32,550 nt of DNA from a virus, in the IMG/VR virus record IMGVR_UViG_3300017914_002709, positions 84,698-117,247 of that record; one strand, given 5' to 3'. This document shows, one piece after another, positions 17,827 to 25,965 of this stretch (position 1 is its first letter; every line of letters starts with the position of its first letter). Under the pieces are notes generated by a model. It did no database searches. It had not been told where the DNA came from and was given only the letters and a program-made list of their open reading frames with translations. The position numbers and the translations under genes were made by a program.

Positions 17827-18938
17827 CAAAACACCTTTATAATCATTGCTGCACCTGTGTCCCCGCCGGCTGCACCTGTGATAAGTCCATAGCCACCTCC
17901 TATATCAACAAGCTCTTCAATTGCTTCAATTGTTAAACGTGATAGTACAGGACTTTGAGGATGACCATATACCAAAGGACTACCATAATTGTTCATGTTG
18001 AAAACGTTTATATCAAATGCATTTGCAAAAGCAATATCATTTACAACAAATGCATTATGCTGATTTATAACGTCTATGTTACTTATATCTAAATTTGCTT
18101 TTTGTAATGCCATTCGAGCAGCATTGATACTAGCTAATGGCATATAACTTTTTTCACATCTACTATATCCGTAACTTATAATTTGTACAAGTACTGTGCT
18201 GTGTGTAAGAGCAATTTCTTTATTACTAACAAGTATTCCGCAATGTCCGTCTGCAGGACTTGTTACATTACCGATACTGTGATATTTTTGTATCGGCTTC
18301 AATTTGCTCAATCTTTCGTAGGTTATGTTTTTGACACCTTCGTCATTGTCTAGCCCTGCAACATATTGCATATATCTTTTGTTTTTAACGCTGTTATATT
18401 GTTTATATCTATGAGCAGTAACTTCGTCCATATGTTGTGTGCTAACATTGATGCGTTCAGCAACTAGTTCGGCAGTCTCAAGCATACTTGTTTTACCCCA
18501 AGGGTCATACGCAAAGTTGTCTTCAATCCAGTTTTCTACCTTGTCATAATTTGGCCAAGTTACTATAGGACCGTTACTAGTCCTATCTGCTGTAAGGATA
18601 TATGTTTGGTTACACATACCCGTTTCCACGTGTGTAGCAGCGTTATACAGCGCCAATAAGCCCGTTGTACATGCTTGATTTATCATATGCCCTGTTGTGT
18701 GCTCACAACCCATAAGAGCTGCACTCCACGGTCCTGCCCAAAAACCATGATGCTGATGAACGCTGTTTCCGTAAATTACATAATCAATTTCTTTTGGGTC
18801 TATATATTTTATATCAAACCATTCTTTTGATGATTGGGCACTTAGCTCGATAGCGTTATAATCTTTGTATGTTTTACCATACCTACTAAATGGTGATGTA
18901 AAATAACCGCCCAAAGGTATATATGCATTTTCAAACAT
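17826..18938 (-). CDS. Thiolase-family protein
   Basis: INQACTTG (nucleophilic Cys), HNAF, YGHPQ and C-terminal TGAAGGDTG. Confidence 0.88.
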   Translation of the reverse strand: MFENAYIPLGGYFTSPFSRYGKTYKDYNAIELSAQSSKEWFDIKYIDPKEIDYVIYGNSVHQHHGFWAGPWSAALMGCEHTTGHMINQACTTGLLALYNAATHVETGMCNQTYILTADRTSNGPIVTWPNYDKVENWIEDNFAYDPWGKTSMLETAELVAERINVSTQHMDEVTAHRYKQYNSVKNKRYMQYVAGLDNDEGVKNITYERLSKLKPIQKYHSIGNVTSPADGHCGILVSNKEIALTHSTVLVQIISYGYSRCEKSYMPLASINAARMALQKANLDISNIDVINQHNAFVVNDIAFANAFDINVFNMNNYGSPLVYGHPQSPVLSRLTIEAIEELVDIGGGYGLITGAAGGDTGAAMIIKVF

Positions 18939-19239
18939 CTAAGTAGTGTCCTGTAAGTTCTTCTCCGGCTTTTACATTTTTTGTAGTTACCGCATGAAAA
19001 AATCTTCGCTTTCTTTTTAAAATTAGATTTGGATTATTAGAATGATTTACAAATCCTCCAAGAGGCATCCTTATTAATCCATCTTTGCATAGGTAATGCG
19101 CTTGTCCTAGATCTGTATTCGCAGGAATGTCCTCCACAGCAAACAATCCTAAGCCATGTATTGGAGATTCTTTTACAGTGACATTTTGTGGCAAAGGGTT
19201 ATAGTTATTCTTGATAGTTTGGTTCCATGAATCTGTCAT
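18931..19239 (-). CDS. Minimal SET-domain protein (lysine methyltransferase fold)
   Basis: SPIHGLGLFA...FVNHSNNPN...GEELTGHY. Confidence 0.88.
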   Translation of the reverse strand: MTDSWNQTIKNNYNPLPQNVTVKESPIHGLGLFAVEDIPANTDLGQAHYLCKDGLIRMPLGGFVNHSNNPNLILKRKRRFFHAVTTKNVKAGEELTGHYLDV

Positions 19240-20386
19240 ACATTTTCTTTTTCAGTTGATGGGCACTGTACGTTTTCATACCTTCTGGTACATATGTATT
19301 GATGTATCTACTCAATTCGTCAATATAGTGGTGTGCAGGTTGAATAGTTTTAGTGCTATTGATAAATTGACCTCTACGCCAACATAAGGCACTATTGTAT
19401 GATCCAAATTCTACTGTTGCAACCCATAGTTTAGGTTTGATGTAATACATTAGACAACATTGGTTACATTTTAGTCCAGGCACATTTAAACGTTTGCCAG
19501 CACCATTACTTGGATGAATGCCGTCACGAATCCAATGTAACGGTTTATTTGCTTCGGGTATGACAGTTTTAATATAATTGTTTAATTCAATTCCTGTATA
19601 TGAAGTTTGCTCGTCTTCGTTTTCGTATAGGTCTTCTACATATCTACCTTGCTTTGCTGCACAACGGAATCTAATGTTTGTAACAACACCGTCTGGTAGA
19701 GAATTTGCAATATCGTAAAACTCTTTTACAACACCTTCGTTCAAATTTTTTACAATAATTGCATTGATACACAGTCTTGTAAATCCTGCTTCAACGCAAT
19801 TCCAAAAACCTTTTACTTTCTTTTTTCTATGACTAATGTCGTGATCAATTGTTTTGTACCACTCGTCATTATAAAATCCGCCATTTAGAGATATTGATAA
19901 ATTTACTAGTTTTGGATTAGGGCAATTGTCAATGCAATCTTTTAATTTCTTAACAAAACTTTTTTGAGCAAGTCTAATACCGTTAGTAACAATTGCAATA
20001 CTATGCCCGTATTTTGTGCCAACATTGATAGCCTCAAATAAATGCTTCCAAAGCGTAGGTTCTGCACCTACTAGACGCATTTGTACTGGTCTAGGCAAAC
20101 TTGCACACAATTCTTCAAACACTTTAATATCTAAATCTTTGTAGTGTCTAATAGGAGTCATACAAAATCCACACTCCATATTGCACTTGTATGTTGTATC
20201 AATATACAAGAAACTAAAAGGATTCTTGTCCATTGTGTAATCAGGAACATTATGAAAAATAGGCGGCTGATGAGGTAACAATGTGATATTGTCATCATCG
20301 GGATTACCTGTCATAGGTGCATTCATACCAGCAGTTTTTGCACGTACTCGTTCTAGATTATTTGGATTGACAAGTCTGTCAGACAT
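19205..20386 (-). CDS. Radical SAM protein (divergent)
   Basis: TTYKCNMECGFC, VGAEPT, VTNG; C-terminal CNQCC and CWRRG. Shine-Dalgarno AGAGGAG upstream. Confidence 0.85.
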   Translation of the reverse strand: MSDRLVNPNNLERVRAKTAGMNAPMTGNPDDDNITLLPHQPPIFHNVPDYTMDKNPFSFLYIDTTYKCNMECGFCMTPIRHYKDLDIKVFEELCASLPRPVQMRLVGAEPTLWKHLFEAINVGTKYGHSIAIVTNGIRLAQKSFVKKLKDCIDNCPNPKLVNLSISLNGGFYNDEWYKTIDHDISHRKKKVKGFWNCVEAGFTRLCINAIIVKNLNEGVVKEFYDIANSLPDGVVTNIRFRCAAKQGRYVEDLYENEDEQTSYTGIELNNYIKTVIPEANKPLHWIRDGIHPSNGAGKRLNVPGLKCNQCCLMYYIKPKLWVATVEFGSYNSALCWRRGQFINSTKTIQPAHHYIDELSRYINTYVPEGMKTYSAHQLKKKMYDRFMEPNYQE

Positions 20387-20409
20387 ACTTTACTCCTCTT
20401 AGTATATAC

Positions 20410-20438
20410 AGTATATAGCAAAGATAAGTTTTTGTCAA
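20410..20438 (-). promoter_or_regulatory. Sigma70-type promoter driving the - strand enzyme operon
   Basis: TTGACA (20438-20433), 17 nt spacer, TATACT (20415-20410), in the intergenic gap. Confidence 0.8.
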
Positions 20439-20442
20439 GAAA

Positions 20443-22383
20443 TTAGTTAGCACCTGCTGGTGCTGCACCGCCTTTGAATTGAACTGGTTTTTCTTCATCC
20501 CACAATGGCGAGTATATTACTTTATTAGGACTATCACCGATACTGTCATCGTCGTCCCAGTCTTTTTCTGGTGTTACAATAATTTCACCATTCATTGCAC
20601 TGTGTGCACTACACTGATAGTAATATGTTCCTGGACGTCCTGGAGTCCAACTAACAGTGCCGCCTCCACTTGCACCTTGTCCTGTTGCTGTAGGATTATC
20701 TACTTGGTTGCCTGTTCCTGTACCTTGTGCACTTTTGAAATACAACGGATGTGAGCTGCTTGCATTATTTGTTACAGTTAATGTATCTCCAACTGCGATT
20801 GTAATTGCAATGTTATCTCCAGAAATATTACCAGTTCTGTCTTGAGCATTGCTTATTGTGTATGCACTTGAACCGTTGTTAGTCATATCTGCTGTGTACG
20901 TTGTTGCTGTTTGTTGTACTACACTATCAACAAATAATCCTTCTTGTGCATTGTTTTCCATGTAACGTTTGACAGCAGCTGGAGTCATACCAGGGTTTGC
21001 TTCTAACACACAGGCTATCATACCTGCTACTTGAGGAGATGCCATACTTGTTCCAGAAATTTTCATCAACTTGTAGTTGCTATCATCAGGATGGTCAGGA
21101 CCACCATTACTGGTATATTTGTCACTTGTACCTCCGTTGTCAGTGCTACCTACGCTGATAATTTCTGTTCCTGGTGCCCAGATAGTTACACCGGGTCCCC
21201 AGCAGCTTGTTTCAGCTTTCTGTTCTTTTGTCCCTGTGTAGGTTATATCCATGTTACCAACAATAAACGCTTCGTCGTCGTACGGTGAACTACCTCTGAA
21301 CGGGTAACGTGTACCAAATCTATCATTGTAATGATCGCCACTAGAACTATCAATATAGTAATAACTATTGCCTGCTGCAATACAGAAAATAATACCTTCG
21401 TCTATACATTCCTGCAAATCTGTATCAACACTGCTTACACGTACATTGTATCTGTATAAGCCGCCTACTGTAGGTACGTAACCGCAATTTGCCCAACGCA
21501 ATGTGTTGCTGGTAAAACCTGTGTCTGTATTGCTCCAGTTATACCCTGCATATTCACCTGATGTTTCTACAGTTGAAGTTGTGCTTTGATATCCCCAACT
21601 TGCATTAACCACTGTTGGTCTTTTGTATCCTGTGCGTGGATCTGGTTGTTTATTTCTGTGCCATAGTTTGATTACATCGAAACAATCACTGACAGCAATA
21701 CCTGTACCGCTGTCACCGCTACCTTCCAAACCTGCAACCTTAACACTAAATATATTAGCGTCCTTTGCCCATCCCATGTATTTGCCTGCTACTGTACCAC
21801 CACAATGAGAACCATGCCCGTCGTGATCTCTATCATGGTTAGCATTTTGTGTGCCTGATATTCCACTTTCAGCATACCAATCAATTTGCTGTAACCTTGT
21901 TACACCGGCTGCATTATTCCATTCGGGATGTCCTACTTGAAGTCCGCTGTCTTGAATCACAACATCAACGCCTTTACCTGTTAATGTGTACTTGAAATCA
22001 GCTGTGCGCAAACTGTTACCGTCTCCAAACGGATCGGTTTTGTTTGCTCCTCGCCACATTCCCCAGTTACGGTCAGCTGTTACACCCGAACCTGTCGATT
22101 TTCTAAAATCTCCTGTTTGAATTGCATGATGTCCAATTTCAATATCATCTCGTTGATCTGGAGGAATTTCAACACCTACAACCCTAGGATCATTTGCTAG
22201 AGCTGCTGCTTCGTCGTCTGATAATGAATAGTGTGTATTTCTTGCACTTGCTTCTCTTGGATTTGCAACATCTACACTTCTGTTTGGAACTGTTGCACTT
22301 CCTGCTGTTTGTGTCATTTCAGCTGCAAAACTTGCTGCATCTACGCCTTTTGCAAGACTAACAATATATTCTTTTTCAGACAT
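20443..22383 (-). CDS. S8 (subtilisin-like) serine protease with a cupredoxin-like domain, probably virion-associated
   Basis: Catalytic D (VIQDSG), H (HGSHCGG), oxyanion N (AAGN) and S (SGTSMASP). HPLYF...YYYQCSAHSAM domain near the C-terminus. Confidence 0.88.
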   Translation of the reverse strand: MSEKEYIVSLAKGVDAASFAAEMTQTAGSATVPNRSVDVANPREASARNTHYSLSDDEAAALANDPRVVGVEIPPDQRDDIEIGHHAIQTGDFRKSTGSGVTADRNWGMWRGANKTDPFGDGNSLRTADFKYTLTGKGVDVVIQDSGLQVGHPEWNNAAGVTRLQQIDWYAESGISGTQNANHDRDHDGHGSHCGGTVAGKYMGWAKDANIFSVKVAGLEGSGDSGTGIAVSDCFDVIKLWHRNKQPDPRTGYKRPTVVNASWGYQSTTSTVETSGEYAGYNWSNTDTGFTSNTLRWANCGYVPTVGGLYRYNVRVSSVDTDLQECIDEGIIFCIAAGNSYYYIDSSSGDHYNDRFGTRYPFRGSSPYDDEAFIVGNMDITYTGTKEQKAETSCWGPGVTIWAPGTEIISVGSTDNGGTSDKYTSNGGPDHPDDSNYKLMKISGTSMASPQVAGMIACVLEANPGMTPAAVKRYMENNAQEGLFVDSVVQQTATTYTADMTNNGSSAYTISNAQDRTGNISGDNIAITIAVGDTLTVTNNASSSHPLYFKSAQGTGTGNQVDNPTATGQGASGGGTVSWTPGRPGTYYYQCSAHSAMNGEIIVTPEKDWDDDDSIGDSPNKVIYSPLWDEEKPVQFKGGAAPAGAN

Positions 22384-22392
22384 TATTTTTCC

Positions 22393-24402
22393 TTAGTGTA
22401 AATCTACCCAAGAACCGTTTGCATATCCTTGGAACTTATTAGTAGTTTCGTTATAAATCATATCTCCGTTTTGACTTGCAAGTAAATTTCTTTCTGCGGT
22501 AGTGAAACTTGCCATACGTACCGGAGAACTTGTAATTACAACAGCATTACCTGCTCTCAAGTTTAAGTTTGTTGCTGCTTCAATTTCTGGAGTACCTGTA
22601 GTTGTACTTTCAAATCTTTCTGCATACACTGTATTTGTTACACGTAGATCGTTTTCTACTGTCAAATCACTTTGTATAGTCATTGCAGGTGTAACTGTAA
22701 TGCCACTTGAATCACTTGTGTCTAGTGTGCTTGATGTGAATGTAAAGTTGCCTAAGTCACTGTCAACAACTGCATCTGTAATGCCATATCCTGAAACTGT
22801 AGTTGGTGTACCTGTAATTGATCCCCATGCAAAATCTTGTGTAAAGTCATTGGTAATAGTGATATTACCTTCAGCGTCACTAGTTGTGCTGATATTGGTT
22901 CCACCTAGTATGCTGATGGTTTCGCCTTCATTTACCAATCTAATAGCACTGTCGTCTGCTGCAATACCGATATTTGTAAAGGCACCACCGCCTCCACCAC
23001 TGCCGCCTGTGTTGTTTGCAGGTGCCCAGTTTGTACCGTTCCACTGTAGAATTTGTCCAACATTGGGTGTTTGGAAATCTGTGTATTCCCATTCACTGTC
23101 AGTGTGATTCCATTGTAATAGTTGTCCATCATGTTCACCTGAATTTGGTAAACCAACCCAACTACCTCTTTGGAACATTTCAAATCTGTCAGTGTCTTCG
23201 TTGTAGGCAATAGCACCAGTAGCTAGGGTACTATCTTCATTGAACGCATCGATTTCGTCCTGTGTGTTTACCCCTAGTTTTATGCCCGCTGCTAAAGTAG
23301 TTAAGTTATTTGTTAAATTTGTACCAACCGTTTTATTCCAGTTTGTTCCATCATACCAAACAGGTGCAGATTCGTTAGGTTCGTATTTTATATCACCTGT
23401 TGTTTGATCTGTAATATCTGCAATTGCACGGCTATCAGTAAGTCTGATACTACCGTCGGCAATTGCGATACTACCTCTAACATCTAATTTTTCAGTTGGG
23501 GTAAATGACCCGATAGCAAGATCGCCTTCTACTAAAGACATGGCATCAGCTTCTACAGGGTTACCATTTGGATTAGCTGCCATGTAAATGCCTTTGTTAC
23601 CACCTGCAATATACGTAGGTGTTGCTAATCCACCAGAGTCATTTCTTTCAAAGTAAATTTGTCCAAGGAACACAGAACTAGCACTAATATCTGCTGCTGC
23701 ATCACGTCTCATTTTCATAACTGCACGATCTTCGTCAGCAGTGAATCTGCCGCTTGTAGTATTCATTTGCACAACTTGCAGTGTTTGTGTTGAAGTATCT
23801 AATATTAATCCACTATCTGAACCATAAATATCACCTTGAATATTGATATCGTAAGTTTGACCTTCTTGCAAACCAGATTCATCAGCATTAATCCATTCGC
23901 CACCTACATATTTTAATACTTGATTATTATCTGGATTTGTAAGATTCACATCTGATAATTGATCAATTGATAAATTTGTAATTAGACTACCATCACCTAC
24001 AAAGTCTGCATACACAATACCTGATGTTGAATCAACAATAAGATTACTATCTGCACCTCTAACATCACCTTGGATATCGATAGCATATTCTTGTCCGTCA
24101 ATAACTCCTGTACCGCCGCCACTTAGGTTAGCTGCACTAATATTACCAGAGATAGTAATATCACCTGTAATATCAATATCACCTGTGCCGTTAATTTCAA
24201 AACCGCCTAGTGCAAGGTTTCTTGTTAGTATTGATGGTGATGCATTTGAGTTTGCAGTAACGAGAATACCCCCGCCTGTAACTCCGTCACCGACATACAC
24301 TTCTTCTGTGTCGGTAATATAAACCAGTTCGCCTTCTGCAAAGACAATACCGCCACCTGCGGTACGTTCGGCGTCTGTTCCTCTTCTTAGCTGGAATGCC
24401 AT
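22393..24402 (-). CDS. Virion structural / tail-fibre-like protein
   Basis: N-terminal QLRRGT...GEL...VGDG motif typical of phage fibre N-termini; Gly/Thr/Asp-rich; repeated GQxLxW...W motifs; C-terminal GDMIYNETTNKFQGY...W. Confidence 0.75.
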   Translation of the reverse strand: MAFQLRRGTDAERTAGGGIVFAEGELVYITDTEEVYVGDGVTGGGILVTANSNASPSILTRNLALGGFEINGTGDIDITGDITISGNISAANLSGGGTGVIDGQEYAIDIQGDVRGADSNLIVDSTSGIVYADFVGDGSLITNLSIDQLSDVNLTNPDNNQVLKYVGGEWINADESGLQEGQTYDINIQGDIYGSDSGLILDTSTQTLQVVQMNTTSGRFTADEDRAVMKMRRDAAADISASSVFLGQIYFERNDSGGLATPTYIAGGNKGIYMAANPNGNPVEADAMSLVEGDLAIGSFTPTEKLDVRGSIAIADGSIRLTDSRAIADITDQTTGDIKYEPNESAPVWYDGTNWNKTVGTNLTNNLTTLAAGIKLGVNTQDEIDAFNEDSTLATGAIAYNEDTDRFEMFQRGSWVGLPNSGEHDGQLLQWNHTDSEWEYTDFQTPNVGQILQWNGTNWAPANNTGGSGGGGGAFTNIGIAADDSAIRLVNEGETISILGGTNISTTSDAEGNITITNDFTQDFAWGSITGTPTTVSGYGITDAVVDSDLGNFTFTSSTLDTSDSSGITVTPAMTIQSDLTVENDLRVTNTVYAERFESTTTGTPEIEAATNLNLRAGNAVVITSSPVRMASFTTAERNLLASQNGDMIYNETTNKFQGYANGSWVDLH

Positions 24403-24405
24403 TTA

Positions 24406-24456
24406 AAATCTCCTAGGTGATAGTCTTACTAGTGTATTTATCACCTAAGGAGATTT
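24406..24456 (-). promoter_or_regulatory. RBS-sequestering hairpin with a late-promoter-like GATAAATA at the arm/loop junction
   Basis: 17-bp inverted repeat with one bulge (24406-24422 / 24439-24456) and a 16-nt loop. AGGAG (24414-24410) lies in the 3' arm, ATG at 24402, ATAAATA at 24441-24435. Confidence 0.8.
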
Positions 24457-24765
24457 CTATTTGTTTAATTTCATAAACCTTGATACACGTTTACCTAAAT
24501 CTTTCTTTAAACTTTCCATATCCATACGGAAGTCTATGCTATCAATATCAGGTTCGTATTCAGTAAACAAGTCTTCTAATGTGCTTTCAATATCATCAAT
24601 AGATTGTTTCTTTTTACTATCGTGTATATCTACTTCCCATACGGTACCACTGTTGAACCGTATGATAACTTTATTCATATATTCTACTGGCAGGTAATCC
24701 ATTGTAATGGAATCAAAAATTTCCTGCCAGTATTGTTCTGTGTGTTTTGTATTCTTAGGACTCAA
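24457..24765 (-). CDS. Hypothetical phage protein
   Basis: 102-aa ORF overlapping the upstream gene in a co-directional run. Confidence 0.7.
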   Translation of the reverse strand: MSPKNTKHTEQYWQEIFDSITMDYLPVEYMNKVIIRFNSGTVWEVDIHDSKKKQSIDDIESTLEDLFTEYEPDIDSIDFRMDMESLKKDLGKRVSRFMKLNK

Positions 24766-25375
24766 CCGTTTCTGCTTTTTTTCTTGTGGTACGCTTTGTC
24801 GGTGCTAGTTCTTCTGCTTTTTCACGAAGTGCTTTCGCTTCTTTAAACAATGCGTCAGCTTGCGATCTGTAACTTGCTGCTAGTGCAGCATCGTCTAATA
24901 CATCGGGCTGTTCTTGTACAGGCGGTGTTGTTTCAGTTACATAGTCCGCTGCTGGATCAGTTACAGGTTCTTGTGGAGGTGTACCTTGTGCTCCTCCTAC
25001 TGAAAGATCCTCTAATGCAATACCTTGCTGTTGAGCAATCATCTTGTTTAGTTCATCTAGTGGAATTGAACTGTTGATGTTTGGAACCATTTCAATTTCA
25101 TTTGTTGCAAACTTTCGCAAGTTGCCACGCTGATGAAATCCAATAAGCATGTTTCGTCCATCAGGCAACGATGTACGTTGCATAACTTCAAAAAATTCGC
25201 CTGCTTGTTGTCCTGCTGCTGATTCAACAGCTTTCATTAATGTGTCGTGTTCATCAGCAGGTAAGTCAACTGTTGGTACAACCAGGCAACTGTATGGGTC
25301 ACCTGGAATAGTTCTATACGCAACAACCACTCTACTTCTGTTGTTTTTTACACGACCTACGTGTTTTAAAGCCAT
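24755..25375 (-). CDS. Hypothetical phage protein with acidic Pro-rich linker and C-terminal helical tail
   Basis: 206-aa ORF; TAATG coupling to the upstream gene; GGAGG upstream. Confidence 0.75.
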   Translation of the reverse strand: MALKHVGRVKNNRSRVVVAYRTIPGDPYSCLVVPTVDLPADEHDTLMKAVESAAGQQAGEFFEVMQRTSLPDGRNMLIGFHQRGNLRKFATNEIEMVPNINSSIPLDELNKMIAQQQGIALEDLSVGGAQGTPPQEPVTDPAADYVTETTPPVQEQPDVLDDAALAASYRSQADALFKEAKALREKAEELAPTKRTTRKKAETVES

Positions 25376-25650
25376 TATGCGGCCTCCTCTCCTTCTTCAG
25401 GAGCTGCTGGTGCTGGTGCAGCCGCTGCTGGAGCCGGTGCTGCATCTCCTGCTGCCTTTGCAGCTTCTGCTTGTTTCTGTACCTCTTCGAGGAACATTTC
25501 AAGTTTATTGTAAACGATGCCTACTGCTGCCATTTCGTTTGGCTTAAATGCACTGCGCTCGCTTGCAATATCAATAATACCTTTCATAGTAGCCAAATCT
25601 TGAATTGTTAGCTCATTTGGGTTTGACTGCTGTTGTTGCTGTTCTGACAT
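25375..25650 (-). CDS. Hypothetical phage protein with poly-Q N-terminus and Ala/Pro-rich tail
   Basis: 91-aa ORF with AAGGAG Shine-Dalgarno; ATAAGTA motif upstream. Confidence 0.75.
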   Translation of the reverse strand: MSEQQQQQSNPNELTIQDLATMKGIIDIASERSAFKPNEMAAVGIVYNKLEMFLEEVQKQAEAAKAAGDAAPAPAAAAPAPAAPEEGEEAA

Positions 25651-25686
25651 ATTATAATCTCCTTTGTAATACTTATTGCAACATTT

Positions 25687-25965
25687 TTAATGATATTTCA
25701 AATGTGGACAAGCCAACATGAAATAACTTAGTTCACTTTCTTTCTCAAAACCGATTCTAGTTACTTGAGAAATCTTGTTTTGTTCGTCAAGGTTTACTGC
25801 CTTTCCGATGTAGTATCTACCAGATAGGTTCTCGTCTATCCAAGAGACAATAGCATCTGATAGATTATATCTTGTGTTTATATAAACGTCTTCAAAGTAC
25901 ACAGGGCAAAAGTTTACTCTACGCACTCCAAAGACTTCTAAAGGATTTACTTTACCCTTCTTCAT
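25687..25965 (-). CDS. Hypothetical phage protein
   Basis: 92-aa ORF overlapping the end of the VWA gene. Confidence 0.7.
   Translation of the reverse strand: MKKGKVNPLEVFGVRRVNFCPVYFEDVYINTRYNLSDAIVSWIDENLSGRYYIGKAVNLDEQNKISQVTRIGFEKESELSYFMLACPHLKYH

Noticed and set aside
1-20386. Ordinary bacterial biosynthetic gene cluster
   Set aside because: No regulators, transporters or scaffold synthases; enzymes are miniaturised and overlapped; flanked by phage-type genes. A viral origin is more parsimonious though not proven.
19205-20386. Calling this gene moaA
   Set aside because: It lacks the MoaA C-terminal Cx2Cx13C motif and terminal GG, and no molybdopterin genes are nearby.
22502-23107. 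201-aa + strand ORF
   Set aside because: Antisense shadow of the fibre gene; its Val/Ser/Pro composition reflects the codon bias of the real strand.
25375-25470. GCT/GCA/CCA-rich repeat-like tract
   Set aside because: Explained by the low-complexity Ala/Pro tail of the encoded protein, not a DNA repeat element.
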